Shown here: positions 33,251-46,700 of the stretch, piece by piece
Layout of the letters: each line of letters opens with the position of its first letter
Numbering within the stretch: position 1 is the first letter of the stretch
Source of the DNA: Gracilinanus agilis
Lineage: Eukaryota
Assembly (NCBI RefSeq): GCF_016433145.1
Contig: NC_058131.1
Coordinates: 63,225,253-63,289,252 of the forward strand
Length of the DNA: 64,000 bases
Direction of reading: 5' to 3'
Program-made: the position numbers and the translations under genes
Notes under the pieces: model-generated
What the model was told of the DNA's origin: nothing
Database searches by the model: none
Seen by the model: only the letters and a program-made list of their open reading frames with translations

Positions 33251-35620
33251 GCTGGAGGAATAGTGACCTAGAGTATGGGATAAGGGCGGATGGGACGGGC
33301 AGAGAGCCTAGACAGTGGGAAAGGAAGAGGAAGGAAGGGGATGTCATTCGACCCACACTGACGAGTTTACCCTATGCAGTGAACCGGGCCTGCCTGGATA
33401 AAAACCCAGTAATGTCATAGAATCGTCGGATCTGAGAGGACGAGGGGACCTTCGGGCTAGCTAGTTCAGCTTGATCTTAATGGCAAATTCCTTCTACCAT
33501 GTACCCAACAAGACTTCATCTGGGCTTCCCTTGAAGAGGTCTGAGGGGAAACCCATCCCCTCCTTAGGCAGTCCATTCCATTTTAGAAGAGTTCTGAGCC
33601 CTCCAGGGATACAAATCACAAGGGGCCAAATACATAAAAAAGAATATTTTTTTAAAGTGCCCTGAAAGGAAACGTGGGACGGATCCCTTCCAGCTAAGGG
33701 GATGAGCGATGACTTCATAGAGAAGGTGGCATCAGAGGTGGGGTGAGGTAGGAAGTGTATGTGTTCCTGGAATAAGGGAACCTTGAACAAAGGTTCAGGT
33801 TCACTCTGGAAGGTGAACATCCTCTTTGGAAGTCTGGGTGTAATTCAGTGTGGCAGAACCCAGCGTCTGTACCCAGGAGAAGGGCAGGACAAACCTGGAA
33901 AAATAGGTCGAAGTTGACTGTGGTAAAAGCTGGAGATGTCAGACTGAAGAATGTGTTTGGATGATGATCCGTGTAAAACAGTGAGCCATGGAAGGTCATG
34001 GAGTGAGATCAGCGGATGGAACTGGCTTTTTTCTTGTTTGGGAGGACAGTTCCTTGTTTCCTCCATTTCTTTCTCACCCTCAGCAGAAGGTCCTTCTACT
34101 ATCTTTATGACCCAAGTTCTGTCTTAGGAAAATGACGTTAGTGGCTTTAGAAGGATGAATTGGAGTAAAATTGAAGGACACCTGTTTGGAGGTTATTACA
34201 ATAGTCCAGTTGAAAGAGCCCGAATTAGGCTGGTGGCCATTGTAGTCCAAAGGAATCAGGTGGAAAGATGAGCCTCAGTTTATTCATCTGTAAATTGAAG
34301 ATTGAATTACATAGTTTCTCAGCTCCCCTTTCACTCTTATTTAGACCTGTGCATATAAACTAAACCAGAGGTGTCAAAGTTACTGCCACTTGGCCACAAT
34401 CAGCCCCTTCAGAGTGGGGCCAAACCAAGTTTGATTCTAATTGGGAAATATTTACCAAGATAAAAATATAATGCAACAGAGAGAATGTTAATTTGTGGTT
34501 TTCCCAGTCAATATTGGGCAGCTAGGTGGCATTTGGATAGAGCGCCAGGCTTGGAATCAGGAGGAGCTGGGTTTAAATCTGGCCTCAGACACTCTCTAAC
34601 TGGGTGACACTGGGCAAGTCATTTAACTCAGTTTGTCTAAGCCATATCCTTCTGTCTTAGACTTGTTTCTAGATCAGAAAGTTAAGGGTTAAAAAAAGTT
34701 TGCTTTTCTAAGTGGCTTATACTTCACCCTTAAAGTTTTGTTGTCAGAATGAATTTGCTTCCTGAAGACTTCCCCTTAGAAAGGAGAGAGAAAAGCCATT
34801 CACTTCCTCATCCAAGATTAGGGTGTGGCTCTAATGCCTTAGCAATCTTCTATCTACATTTTCATACAACCTCACTCAATTCTAAAATGGTAATAAAAAC
34901 AATTATAAATGGCACAAACTGAATTATAATTGCTAGAATCTAGATTGGTGGCAAAATGGAGCTCAGGGCCTGGAATCAGGAAGACTTGGGGGTTTAAATC
35001 CAGTCTCAGACACTTGCTAGCAGGATGACCGTGATCAAGTCATTTAACCTTTACTTGTTTCACCTTCCTCTTCTCTAAAATGAGAATAATGCTAGTACTG
35101 TCTCCTTTCCCCTTCTCAAAACCCAGGTTTATGAGAACCAAATGAGATATTTCTAAAAAAAAAAAAATCAAAAAACCCTCTTACCTTATGTCTTAAAGTC
35201 CATAGTAAGTATCTTTTCCAAGGAAGAATAATTTTAAGGGCTAAGTGATTGAGGTGTGCCCAGCATCACATAGCTGGGAGGTGTCTGAGGTCAGATTTGA
35301 ACCCAAGTCCTCCCATATCCAGGCCTGGCTCTCTATCCACAGTACCACCTAACTGTCCAGAGATAATATTTTTAAAGCATTTAACACAGTGGTTGGCACA
35401 TAGTAGGTGCTTACTAAATTCTTGTTTCTTCCTTCAAGCTTTGCAAAGGGCTTTACTTATGTTATCTCATTTGGTCCTCATAGCAACCATATCTATCTAT
35501 ATTTATCTCCCCATTCTATAGATGAGGAAAAAGGAAAGTAGTGGTGAGATGATTTACCCAGGGTCACACAGTGCCAGCATTGCCAATAAATAGATTAAGC
35601 TTGGACCTTCTGTGCAGATC

Positions 35621-35989
35621 TGTGATAAGGAGAAACCAAGGCACAAAGGTCCAAGCTTAATCTATTTATTAGCAAAGTTAGCAGTTACTAATAATAGAGG
35701 TCAGTGGTCTCCCAGTGAGCAGACCCCAATACAGTCAGAGGAGCTCTTTAAATCCAGTTTAGTGGTTATATAATGTTCCCTGACACCCACTTAGCTAAGA
35801 TTGTGATTGGTTCTCAGTTATGCTATCTGATGAAGAGTCTTCATTCAACCAGAAAACCCAAATTTGGGCAACGTCCTCTAGGTAGGGCTCATGATAGCTA
35901 GCCCCAAAGGGCCCTCCTGGACTCAGGTTCTTCCAGAGTTCTTCCATGGGGTTATGGAGGAGGTATAGATTCAGTCATTCACCTGTAAC
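35621..35989 (-). mobile_element. Probable solo LTR
   Basis: TG...CA ends (tgtgataagg ... cctgtaaca); minus-strand TATA (~35766-35773) and AATAAA (35665-35670) in LTR order; no clean TSD. Confidence 0.55.
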
Positions 35990-37648
35990 ATTCTGTAGAA
36001 GGTTCCTTATCTACCATTCCCTACACCAATGGAGTCGAGTACTACGAAAATGTCTTGTGATTAGATTGAATCATCTTTCATCTTCCTTCCTTCTTCCCTT
36101 TCCTCTCAAACTTCCCTCCTTCCTTTTCTTCATTTCTTTCTTTCTTCCTTTCCTTTTTCTTTCTCTCTCTCCTTCTTTCCTTCCTTCCTTCCCTTCTTAG
36201 AATTGATAGTAGGTATCAGTTTCAAGACAGAAGAGCAGAAAGGGCTAGGCAACTGGAGTTAAATGACTTGCCCAGGGTCATATACCTAGGAAGTATCTGA
36301 GGTCCCATTTGAACTCAGGACCTCCTGTCTCCAGGCCTGGCTCTCTATCCACTGAGCCACCTAACTGTCCCATCTTTCTTTCTTATCATTAGATGCCCAC
36401 AGCAATATGCTAAGCCTTAAAGCTGGGGTACGAGGATTAACAAAATTCGTTCCCTATAAATCAGTAATTTCACAACAGCTAGCAAGTGTCCAAGGCAGGA
36501 TTTGACTAGTCTTCCTGACTCCAGACTCTACCCAGTGTGCCACCTGGCACTTAGTGTAAGTGTCAGAGCTGGGCTCCCACGCCAGATGCTGGCATTCTCT
36601 GCAGATCCTACCTCCTGGGGTCTGAGAAGGATCAATCAATCTGAACGACCCCATGGCTGGTACCTGCAGCTATTGGAAGATTTCTTTCCTTCTCCCCAAG
36701 TCACAGACGTACTGAATTCTATTCTGCCTCTCCTTGTCACCTCCTGCCGTACCTCTGGCCCAGAGAAGGAGGGGGAATCTTAGGGCTTCCAGCTGGCCAG
36801 CCTGGCAGGGATTGCCCTCTGCCTTGGCCTCTTGGCCTTTCACCAGGGGTAGTTCTGCTTGATGTCAGCCCTCTTCTGAGTCCTCCCTCCTACCTCTTTT
36901 CCTTCCCAAGAATCCCCCCAGTTCTGTCTGCCGGTCAAAACTGCCCAAGGCCAAAATTTGGTCTGAAACCTAGGGAGGGGAGTGACCTAGAGAACGTGGC
37001 CCCTCTTTGGCGTTCAGGGAGGTGGTGCCCCTGCAGAAAAGAGGAAGGGAGGGAGCTCTCTAGAGGGCCGGAGGATATGAAAGTGAGAAAAGCTGAGGAC
37101 TACCCCATCTCCAGGAAATGCTCAGGAGGGGAGATCTGGGGACACTGTTCTGAGAAAGTGCTAGCTGTCGGTCACAGTTCCCTGCTGAGAGGCCCCCTCC
37201 GCTCACTGCCTCCTGGGCTTCCCTTTCTAACTGCTGTAGACTAAGACAGGGCTTCCCCTGCCATGTGCTCCCAAAGACCTTCAAGCCCATTCTTTGGAGC
37301 TCTCTTTATAGTCGAGGAATTCCGTGTTTCGAGGTGGCTTCCAGCTCTGGCACTCTCCAGGGCAGAAGCATTCTATGATGGAAGATCCATCTTGAGCGCT
37401 GATATAGCGTCTTGACGTTCTTTCTTTTTCCTAGTTTGTATAGCACAAAGGATGTGGAGTTCAGAAGTCCCGGGTTTAAATCCTTCTTCACACACTTACC
37501 AGCTGTGTTAGCCGTCACTCTATAAGCCTCCATTTTCTCATCTGTAAAATGGGGATAATAATAGCACTGTAAGGGTCAAATGAGGAGTTTTGACAAAATA
37601 AGAGAGCAGCTTTTAATAACTTAAGTTTTAATGAGACTATAGTAGAGT

Positions 37649-38061
37649 TGTAAATTATTATCCCTTTAAGCCGGAGAAAAGAAAACTTCTGGCAGCTTTT
37701 AATAATTAACAATTTAGTTTTATTAAAAGAGATAGTAAAATGAATATAGTAGAGAAATATAGGAAAGAGATAGAGAAAGAAATTGCCCAATACCTAACTA
37801 GCTACTCCATAACTGCCTATAACTGCCCTTGGAGGAAGTCCAGCTGATCACCCTTCAGCTCAGCTCACCAGGCTGAGTCAAAATTCTCCTCCCTCCTCCG
37901 TATGCTTGCTGGCCTTTTATAACCCCTTCTTACCTCCCTTCCTGTCTCTGGTTTCTACTTCCTTTCACTGTGGGCTGGTGTATCTTTGCACATCTCTATG
38001 GTAAAAGGACCTCCAGGTCCCCAGTTAAATTAGAGAAAGGGATTAAGAATTCCCTTTTACA
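37649..38061 (-). mobile_element. Probable second solo LTR
   Basis: TG...CA termini; minus-strand TATAAAA then AATAAA; no clean TSD. Confidence 0.5.
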
Positions 38062-38745
38062 GCACCCACTTCACAGAGTTGTGAAGATCAAATGAGATTA
38101 CAATTTATAAATGTTAGTTATTATCATTATTTATTTGTTTATTTTTTATAACCCTGACCTTCCATCTTAGAATCAGTACTATGTATTGGATCCAAGGCAG
38201 AAGAGCGGTTAGGGCTGGGCAATGGGGGTCAAGTGACTTGCCCAGGGTTCCACAGCCAGGAAAGGTCTGAGGCCAGATTTGAACCCAGGACCTCCCGTCT
38301 CTAGCCTGGCTCTCAATCCAATCTCAATCAAGCCACCTAGCTGCTCACGCTATTATCATTATTCAAAAAGAAAACTTACTTCTATCCTAGTATCAAATCC
38401 AAGGCAGACGAGCTAAGCAACTGGGGTTATGTGATTTGCCCAGTGTCACCCAGTGAGGAAGGATCTGAGATTAGATTTGAACCCAAGACCTCCTGGCTCT
38501 CTACCCACTGAGCCACCTAGCTGTGCCTGGGGAAAGTGTTTTTGCACGCCTTGTAGCCTTAAATAAATGTTAGCTATTCTTTATTGTTGGAGTTGGCTGG
38601 ATTTCTTAGGTAGTGTAGTGACTTACTGGGGCATCTCCATTTGTATGGAGAACACTCTCAGCCTGGGATCTGGGGTCCTTTGGGAGCCTGGGAAGGCAGG
38701 GCTGGAGACTGACCGACTGACCAACGTGATCTACAGGAGCCCGAG

Positions 38746-38908
38746 ATGGCAGGCGACCTCAGGAAGATGGCAGACGGCCTCCAGGAGTGGAGTGGCGGTG
38801 CCTACCTGTTTGTGGAATCCACGATGGAGAAAGTCAGTCTGTCTGACCTATACCAGGATCCTCAGAAGAAGCTGGCAGTATTTCGGGCCCTTAAAATGGC
38901 CCTAGCAG
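38746..38908 (+). CDS. TRADD: TRADD coding exon 1
   Basis: MAGDLRKMADGLQEWSGGAYLFVES...FRALKMALA matches human EWVGSAYLFVES; G|gtgact donor. Confidence 0.95.
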
Positions 38909-40825
38909 GTGACTGTGGGGTCTTGGAGTATATATGGGGGTGGGCACAAGGGCCTTTTGTTCAATGGTATTTTCAAGCTTACAGCCTTCTTGTGGTACAA
39001 ATAGTAGTCCTCTTTTTAAAAAGAACCCTTTACTCTCTTAGAAACGAATCTAAGGGGGCAGCTGGGTGGCTCAGTGGATTGAAAGCCAAGCCTAGAGATG
39101 GGAAGTCTTAGGTTCAAATCTGACCTCAGAAACTTCCCAGCTCTGTGACCCTGGACAAGTCACTCAACTCCCACTGCCTAGCCCTTGCCATTCTACTACC
39201 TTGGAACCAATACACGGTACTGATGGCACAATGGAAGGTGAGGGTTATTTTTAAAAAAGAAAAACAACTAAGAGGCAGCCCTGCAGTGGGCTAAGGAATG
39301 ACACTGGAAGGACAGACTCGAGGCGGCTCTCCAGGATGCTTTCCATTTATGTCTCCTCCTATGCGTAGCAGCCCGAAAATGTCTATCTGCAGAGGAAATG
39401 TGGACCTGCATGTATCACACGTAGGACACATGTACACATGTTTGACTGTGACTATCAATGTAACAGGTGTGTGCATGTGTGAGCCTGTCGCTCAGCGGGT
39501 GTCTGGAAGCATGGCCATCTGTCCGTGTTCACTGTTGCATGTTTCTGTGCCTAGCGGGAGTCCGGCACCATTACACACACACGTGTGCATTTATGGACAC
39601 GTGGGTGACTTTGGCCCTCTCCGTTGTCTAAGCCTTCTTCTCTCTCTCCCTGTCTCTGGCTCCCACCTTCCCCGATTCCTTCTTCTGTCTCATTGCAGCC
39701 TACGTCAGGTCTTTTCCTTTCCCTGGCTCTCCCTCCTCTGAATGTTGCACCTTAAGGCTTCGGGACCTGGGAGTGAGCAGGGGACCTGATGAAGCAGGAT
39801 GTGGGAGCCCTTCCCACGGTCTGGGTTTGGTTGCCCAGACCGGGCAGCCCGGGGTGAAGCTTGCAGTGGGCAGCTCCCCGGCTTCTGCTCTCCAGACAGA
39901 GCTAGATGGCTTCTCCCAGTTTACTGTGGACGAGCTCCAGTGCTGGTGAAGAAGGCTTTCCCAATATCTGCCTTGTCCCCCGGAAGCCCCAGAGCTCTTT
40001 GGGCCTTTGGACCCCCCTCTCTACTAATATATTCTATTTCCTGGGATGGGAGCTGCTGAGGGTGCCTGGGTCAAACTCTGATCAAAGCCAAGCTGATCTA
40101 AGGGCATAGCAGCTCACCAATGCTCAGTGATCCAAATGTGGCTTAGGAACCATTTTGTAAACCCTCACTTTCTGTCTTAGAATCAATACTCAGTATTGAT
40201 TCTAAGACAGAAGAGCAGTAAGAGCTAGGCAACTGGGGTTAAGGGACTAGCCCAAGGTCACACAGCTGGGAAGGTATGAGGACCTCTGATCTTTCTATCC
40301 ACTGAGCCACCTCGATGCCCCAGTTTAACAACCGTTTTGTATGGCTAGTAAGAGCCCGGGCCACGGAATGTTAGAGTTGTATGGGACTTGAGGATATAAA
40401 TGATTAGAACCCCAGAATTCTACACCATAAAAGACCTCAGAGATCATCAGTCAGTGCCTGAAGAGGAAGTCCCCAGGCAACATCTCCACGGGTAGTTAAG
40501 CAGAAACTCTTTGCCTGAAGACCTCTAGGGATGAGAGAACCCACGGCCTCTGGAGTCAATTTGTTCCAGTTTTGGACAGCTCAAATCATTAGGAAGTCAG
40601 CTACCTGGCACTGTGGCAAGAGAGTTGGACCAGGAGTCAGGAAGCCCCTCAGACACTCTAGCTGTGTGACCCTGGGCAAGTCACTTAATCCTGATTGCAA
40701 TTAAAAGAAAAACAAAAAGATAAGGGAGAGGGAGCAGGAGGAACATCTCTCTCTCTCTGGAGTCAGCCTGTAGCCTGACCTGCTGCACCCTGGGGCCTCC
40801 CCGGCTTCCCCCCCCTCTCCCCCAG

Positions 40826-41109
40826 AATGTGCCGGGAGCCAGGAAGGGGCGCAGATTCTGAAGATTCACTGCAGCGGTCTCCAGCTCATCGTGCAGCTGA
40901 AGTTCTGCGGGCAGGAGCCGTGCAGCCGCTTCCTCCGGAGCTACCGCGAGGGGGCTCTGCGGGATGCCCTCCGGAACAGCCTGGTGGCCCTGCTCGGCCA
41001 AGTTCAGCACCTCGGACAGCTGCACCTGGAGCTGCGCGTGGGCTCCGAGCGCCTGGACTTGATGCTGCAGGAGGAGGACCGCTGCTTGCGCTGCATCCAT
41101 CAGGCCAAG
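40826..41109 (+). CDS. TRADD: TRADD coding exon 2 (TRAF2-binding N domain)
   Basis: ILKIHCSGLQLIVQLKFCGQEPCSRFLRSYREGALR...; canonical sites. Confidence 0.96.
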
Positions 41110-41221
41110 GTGCGCACCAGCGCCAGCGGGGCCGCGGGGAGGGCGGCGGGAGCGGGCGGGGAGCCCGACTCCCAGATTCGTACTTAGCCTTTCCTGTCTT
41201 CCTTCCCTCGCCCTCTCCCAG

Positions 41222-41435
41222 CCGGACCGGCTCCGAGATGAGGAGATAAGTGATCTGGAGGATGCTTTCCGGAGCCTGACCTGTGATCCGGGAGGCGGGG
41301 TGGCCCTGGCTTCTGGCCCGGAGGCTCCCGCCCTCAAGGCTCCAGCCCCCAAGGCCCCCGCCCCCAGAGTCCCCGTCCATTCGCCCCCTCCGTCCGTGCC
41401 TGCGCAGACCTTTGTGTTCCAGGGTCAGGAGTTTG
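41222..41435 (+). CDS. TRADD: TRADD coding exon 3
   Basis: PDRLRDEEISDLEDAFRSL...PAQTFVFQGQE; G|gtgagt donor. Confidence 0.95.
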
Positions 41436-42036
41436 GTGAGTGAGCCCCCGGCAGGTGGATTCATTTAGCTGGGCCAAAAGTTTGAGGGATCTTTGTTTTC
41501 TCCGGGGTCGCTGGTGGGAGTGATCTCTCGGGAAGCCGCTGCTTTATCCAGGGCTCCTAGGAAGGGGGCAATCCCTGGATTTCCGGGGCAGATAAGAAGT
41601 GGGGTGCACTGGAGGGAAACGATTCCTGCAAATTTGCTGATTGCCCAGGAAGGGAAGGGCGGTTTGGGGATGAGAGGGGGGATTCCTGCCTTATCCAGGC
41701 TGTCCATGAAGGGGACAATTCTTGCTTCATTCCGGTGTCCAAGAGGGACGGTTTGGGGTGTAGTAGTGACAATTGTGGGTTTATTGGGGGCATTTGAGCA
41801 TCGGTGGGGGATCCTTGGTTCATATGGAGAGGGCCAGGGAGTGGAGGTGGAAGGGCTGAAGGCCTGGAGTCTGAGTCTCGTACAGGCTGGGGAGGGGTGG
41901 CCGTAGGCTGGGTTTACTGAGAATGCCTGGGGGCCAGGAACCCCAGGTTTATCTGGGGGCCTGAGGTGGGGTGACCTGTGGGGATCTCCTAGCTCCCAGC
42001 TATCTCCACTCGGGCTTACCCCACTCCTTTCCGCAG

Positions 42037-42359
42037 CTAACCGTCCGCTGAACTCGGAGGACCAACTGAAATTTGCCCGCTTGGTGGGCCGCAAGTGGCG
42101 GACAGTAGGAAGGGCACTGCAGTGCCCGGCCCTTCGGGAACAAGACCTGGAAAACCTGGCCTACGACTACGACCGCGACGGGCTTTTCGAGCAGGCCTTC
42201 CAGCTGCTGCACCGCTTCGTGCAGGCCGAGGGCCGCCGGGCCACCCTCCGGCGACTCATCGAGGCTCTGGACAGAAGCAGCCTCACCAGTGTGGCCGAGG
42301 ACCTGCTGGGGCTGCCGGGGGTCCAGGAGGACAGGGACCATGAGGAGGAGCAGGGGTAG
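42037..42359 (+). CDS. TRADD: TRADD coding exon 4 (death domain)
   Basis: [25 protein letters not shown]...[20 protein letters not shown]...; total CDS 984 nt (327 aa). Confidence 0.97.
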
Positions 42360-42699
42360 GCGGCCCATTTAGCCCAAGAGGCCGCCGAAGCCAGCGTGAT
42401 CCAGACCTGTTGGGCCAAGTGTGGGACTCCTGATTTGTCTGGGCCCTGGGGCCGGGGACTGACCTATCCAGGCACTCTGTCAGAGAGGGCTGCAGGACAG
42501 AAGGAGGGCTGCTCTCCTGCCCGGCTCCCACCAACCCTTGGATGTTTCTCTCACACACATAAGGGGCCTTTAGCCTCTCCCTGTTCCCACCCACCGACAG
42601 CCATTCCCCCGTCTTCCTCGAAAGGCTCAAGCACTTTGGAGATCTCCCACGAGGCTCTTCAGCAGAACAGATCCAAAGTAATGCAGAATTGAAAGGCCT

Positions 42700-42825
42700 C
42701 TCAAATCCGGCCTCAGACACTTTCCAGCTGTGTGACCCTGGGCAAGTCACTTGACCCCCACTGCCCACTCTTACCACTCTTCCACCAAGGAGCCAATACA
42801 CAGAAGTTAAGGGTTAAAAAACAAA
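42700..42825 (+). mobile_element. SINE1_Mdo-like SINE (5'-truncated)
   Basis: Consensus 3' half; duplicated gaattgaaaggcc flanks. Confidence 0.8.
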
Positions 42826-42928
42826 AAGAATTGAAAGGCCCCGAGGTTTGGATGCCGAGGCTAGGTTGGTGGGGGAGGGCCACTGGGGAAGAGAAAGAGC
42901 CGCAAGGGAGGGTTTGGTAATATTTATA

Positions 42929-43012
42929 CAGGGTGTCCCAAAAGTCTTAGGGCAGTTGTAAGCTTTAAAAGCTCCAAGCCTTTAACTGCTCTAAGACTTT
43001 TGGGTCACCCTG
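42929..43012. mobile_element. 84-bp Tc1/mariner-type MITE
   Basis: 29-bp TIRs cagggtgtcccaaaagtcttagggcagtt and its reverse complement (2 mismatches); TA on the left side. Confidence 0.8.
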
Positions 43013-44869
43013 CTTCATGCCTTATGGTCTACAAAGCATTTTTACATGTTATCTCGTTGGAGCCTCATAACACAACCCCGGAAGGTTGGTGCTATTAGTA
43101 TTTCTAGTTTGCAAACAAGGGAACCAAGGCTGAGTGAAATTAAATGACTTGCCCAGGGGAGTTGTTGTTGGGTCGTTTTTTCAGCCCCGACTCTTGGTTG
43201 ACCAGATTTGGGGGGTTTCCTTGGCAAAGATCCAGGTGTGGTTGGCCACTTGCTTCTCCGGCTCATTTTTCAGATGAGGAAACTGAGGCAAACCATTCAG
43301 TGACTTGCTGAGGTCTCTGAGCTAGTGTCAGAAGCTGAATTTGAACCCTGGTCTTTCTGACTCCATGTACTTCATCCACACGGATGCACATACTGGTATT
43401 TTTTGATTGTGGGGGTAGTAAGGAGCCATCGACATTCCAGGAAGGAGGGTGGTGACATGGTTAGATCTGTGTTCTAGGGAAGTGATTTTGTATGCCTGAG
43501 GAGGATGGAATGGAACAGGGAGAGGCAGGGCAGGGAGCCAGGCAGAAGGCTATTGCGATAACCCAAGTGAGAGGAAAGGAAGGCTGGAAGGAAGCCCTGC
43601 ACAGCCGTGGGAACCTAGCAGTGGGGAAGGAAATGAAATGGCTCAGGACCAGAAGTTGGGCTACTTTAGTGGCTTTCAAAAATTCATGCCACTTCTTGTC
43701 TGCTTCTCAACGGAGCTTAAATTTCCCCATCTGTAAAAATGAGGTAGTTGGTGACTCAGTGGATGGAGCCCCAGGCTTGCAGTCAAATGTGTCTGACTCT
43801 TCCCTTTCTTGGCAAAGATATTGGAGTGGCTTGCCGTTTGTCTCCCCAGCTCATTTTATAGATGCAGAAACTGAGGCCAACAGGGTCAAGTGACTTGCCC
43901 AGGGGCACAGTGCTAGTAAGAGTCTGAGGCCAGATTTGAACTCAGGAAAATGAGTCTTCCTCCAGGCCCAGCACTCTATCCATCTGACTGCTTCTGGATG
44001 GACTCAGGAAGACCTGAATTCAAATCCAGCCTCAATCTGTGTGACCCTGGGCAAGTTTCCTCATCTGTAAAATTAACTGGAGAAGGAAATGGCAAACCAT
44101 TCCAGTATCTCTGCCAAGAAAATCCCAAATGGGGTCATGAAGAGTTGGACCCGACTATACAACAATCTCTACAATAATTTCCAGCTTTAAAATCCTGTGA
44201 TGTTTTGGTTGGTTGGTTTGTGAAACGATTCCTTCCAGCCTTTCAAAGGTAGGGCACCCACCTGCCAAGTCCTCAGCATTTGTGAAGGGACCCCAAGAAT
44301 GAGGCCAGTGCTTTAAAAACATCTCAAAATACATTTTACTCATTAAAGTTTAGATTTGAACTCAAGAACGCATCTTTAAAATAGAAGTCCTCTCCTGAAG
44401 GTCAGTCACACTGTAGTCCGAATTAATTTAATGCCATCACACCAGTTCACTGAGGAGGGATCATTTATTGGCATAGTCACTTGAGAGCAATAAAGTGAGA
44501 CTGACCTAGCTGGGGGCAGCAGTCTGACAGGATGGGTACCAGAAATGGGGACAAAAGGGAGAAACCTAGCTTGAGGCTGGGTGAATCAATATTACTCATT
44601 TTGCCAGTAAAAATTCTTGTCTCCACTCCTCCCATCCAAGCTGGTGCCAGCACTCCCTTGTACTAGATGTACTCTGACCAACTTATCTCTTTTGAGATAA
44701 CTTTCAAGTCCTACCTTTGCCATTCGCCAGCTTGGGGGCTTTAGGCAAAAGCTCTTAAAGAGACCTCCGTTTTCTCCCTTTGCAGAATCAGGGATTAAAG
44801 GAAAAGCTCTGGAAAGTTCCTTCTAGCTCCAAGTTTTAGATAAGCAGTTTTCATCCAGCGGTACTTGGG

Positions 44870-44871
<2 letters not shown>

Positions 44872-44928
<57 letters not shown>
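44872..44928. repeat. (GT)n microsatellite
   Basis: Direct inspection. Confidence 0.97.
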
Positions 44929-44930
<2 letters not shown>

Positions 44931-45699
44931 GGTGTTTGTTTATACATTCTCTGTGTATCTGGCTTCCCCTGTTTCTGGGTGGCACAGTGTCATTCTCTTC
45001 CCTGGGGCTCACCAGCCTCCCTGGCATTTGGTTTGGGGCATAATTTCTGGGGCCAGAGCTCTGGTAGAAAAATCAGAGCAGTTCAGAACAAGCTTTCGGT
45101 CCTGTTTGCTGGGGAGATGATTGGTTTCCCTCTAAAACGTGTCCCTGCCCTTGCCTTCATAGAAGGGTCCACGTAGCTAGTTTTCAGGAAGGGGAATAGA
45201 GTCAGAGATAGGAGGCTGGTCCCTGTCCTCAGAGCACTTACAGTCCAGCTAGGGAGACAAGACCTGGGTCCACCAGACCAGGTGGAGTCACGGAACTCCA
45301 TTGTGGGAAGGGGTTCCACTGGCCATCTTCAGGACAACACACTCAACCAGTGATCTTTTGCTTAAAGACCATGCATGATGCTTTGGCCTAGCTCTACTGT
45401 CACAAAGTTCTGGACATCAAGTCTAAACCTGCCTCTTCCCAATTGCTGCCCCTTATTTCTAGATCTGCCCCTAAAGAAGGGACTGTGGAGAAGTAAGAGG
45501 AATGGATGCTTCTCTTGGTGCCTCAGGCTTGCTTCCACATTGGGTGAAAGGTCTATTTTATAGAAAAGGTCTATTTGTGTGTAAAAGCTTTCTGCATGCC
45601 TCTGGTCCCCCCATCTCCCTTCATGGTCCTTCCCCTTCTGTGACCCGTCCATTGAGTATTCCTTGCCTTCCTTGAGTAATAGTAATATGATTGCTTTAA

Positions 45700-45915
45700 T
45701 CTTAGTCCTTCCTTCCTCCCTCCCTTCTTTCCTCTCTTTCCTTTCTTCTTCTTCCTTCATTTCTCTTCCTCTCATTTCTCCCACTATCTCTCTTTCCCTT
45801 CCTCCCTCCCTCTCTTCCTCTTTCCTTCCTTCCTTCATTTCTCTCTTCCTCTCATTTCTCCCAGTATCTCTCCTCTTTTCCTTCCTTCCTCTCTCTGTCT
45901 CCCCCTCTCCCTCTC
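45700..45915. repeat. Polypyrimidine low-complexity tract with an internal ~40-bp duplication
   Basis: cttcatttctc(tc)ttcctctcatttctccca(c/g)tatctctc occurs twice. Confidence 0.85.
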
Positions 45916-46379
45916 ACTGTTTCCCAGGCAGAATAGCATCACTAAGAAGTGTCTGAGATCATATTTGAATCCAGGGCATCCTCCCTCTAGGCTGGGCACT
46001 CTATCCCCTGGATGCTTTCCTCATAACGCCCCACCCCTCAAGAAAGACAGTGAAAATACCTATTTTCCTATTTTTTTGGATAGAAGGGAAGTGACTTGCC
46101 CAAGATCAAGGAGTGTTAGAGGCGCCTCCCAACTCCCACCCAAACTTAGTGTCGTTCCACACTTGTGTGTGGCACCCGTACAGGCTAAACGGGGTGGTGG
46201 GCCAGGGGGAAAGAAAGGAAGGCAGCCAAGCTGGGCTCGTTTCCCCTCCTTGGATCTCCTTCTGCCCCGCAGTGGAGGCTCTTGCTCGGAGACAGTTAAA
46301 GGAAGCGGAGAGTAGAGGGCCCTCCCTCCAGCTGTTCTCTCTCAGCCTTCCCCAAGCCCCGGACGGTACATCTGCTGGG

Positions 46380-46700
46380 GCCACGTGACACGGCAGCTGC
46401 TGGCCCCTCTGCTTCCCCTCCCCTGTCTGGGGTCCTTCCCCTGCCAACGTTGCACTCGCAGGCCCCAGCGAGGCGCTGGGGCTGCCCAGGCTCCGTATGC
46501 CCCTCCGCAGCAGCGGTGACCCAGATGCGGGAGGCAGGAGGGGCCGTGGCTATCCCCGGGGAGGCCCAGCGGAGCCCAGGGGCCGGGGACAGGCTCCGGA
46601 GCCCGGAGTGAGTTCGCTGGTGAGTCCCTGGGACAGGGTCCGCGGGTGCCCGGCTGGCCCATCAGCAGAGTTATGTTCCGGCCAGGTCCGAGGGCTGCCC
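46380..46700 (+). promoter_or_regulatory. B3GNT9: CpG-rich B3GNT9 promoter and probable non-coding first exon (donor gtgagt at 46608)
   Basis: CpG cluster; donor cgga|gtgagt; matching acceptor ccctctccccgcag ending at 47595. Confidence 0.55.

Noticed and set aside
30614-33271. Many 60-160 aa Pro/Gly/Arg-rich ORFs in CpG islands (also at 10.3-12.2, 20.4-21.0, 41.5-42.1 and 46.0-47.6 kb)
   Set aside because: Stop-poor GC-rich sequence with no recognisable homology or consistent splice structure.
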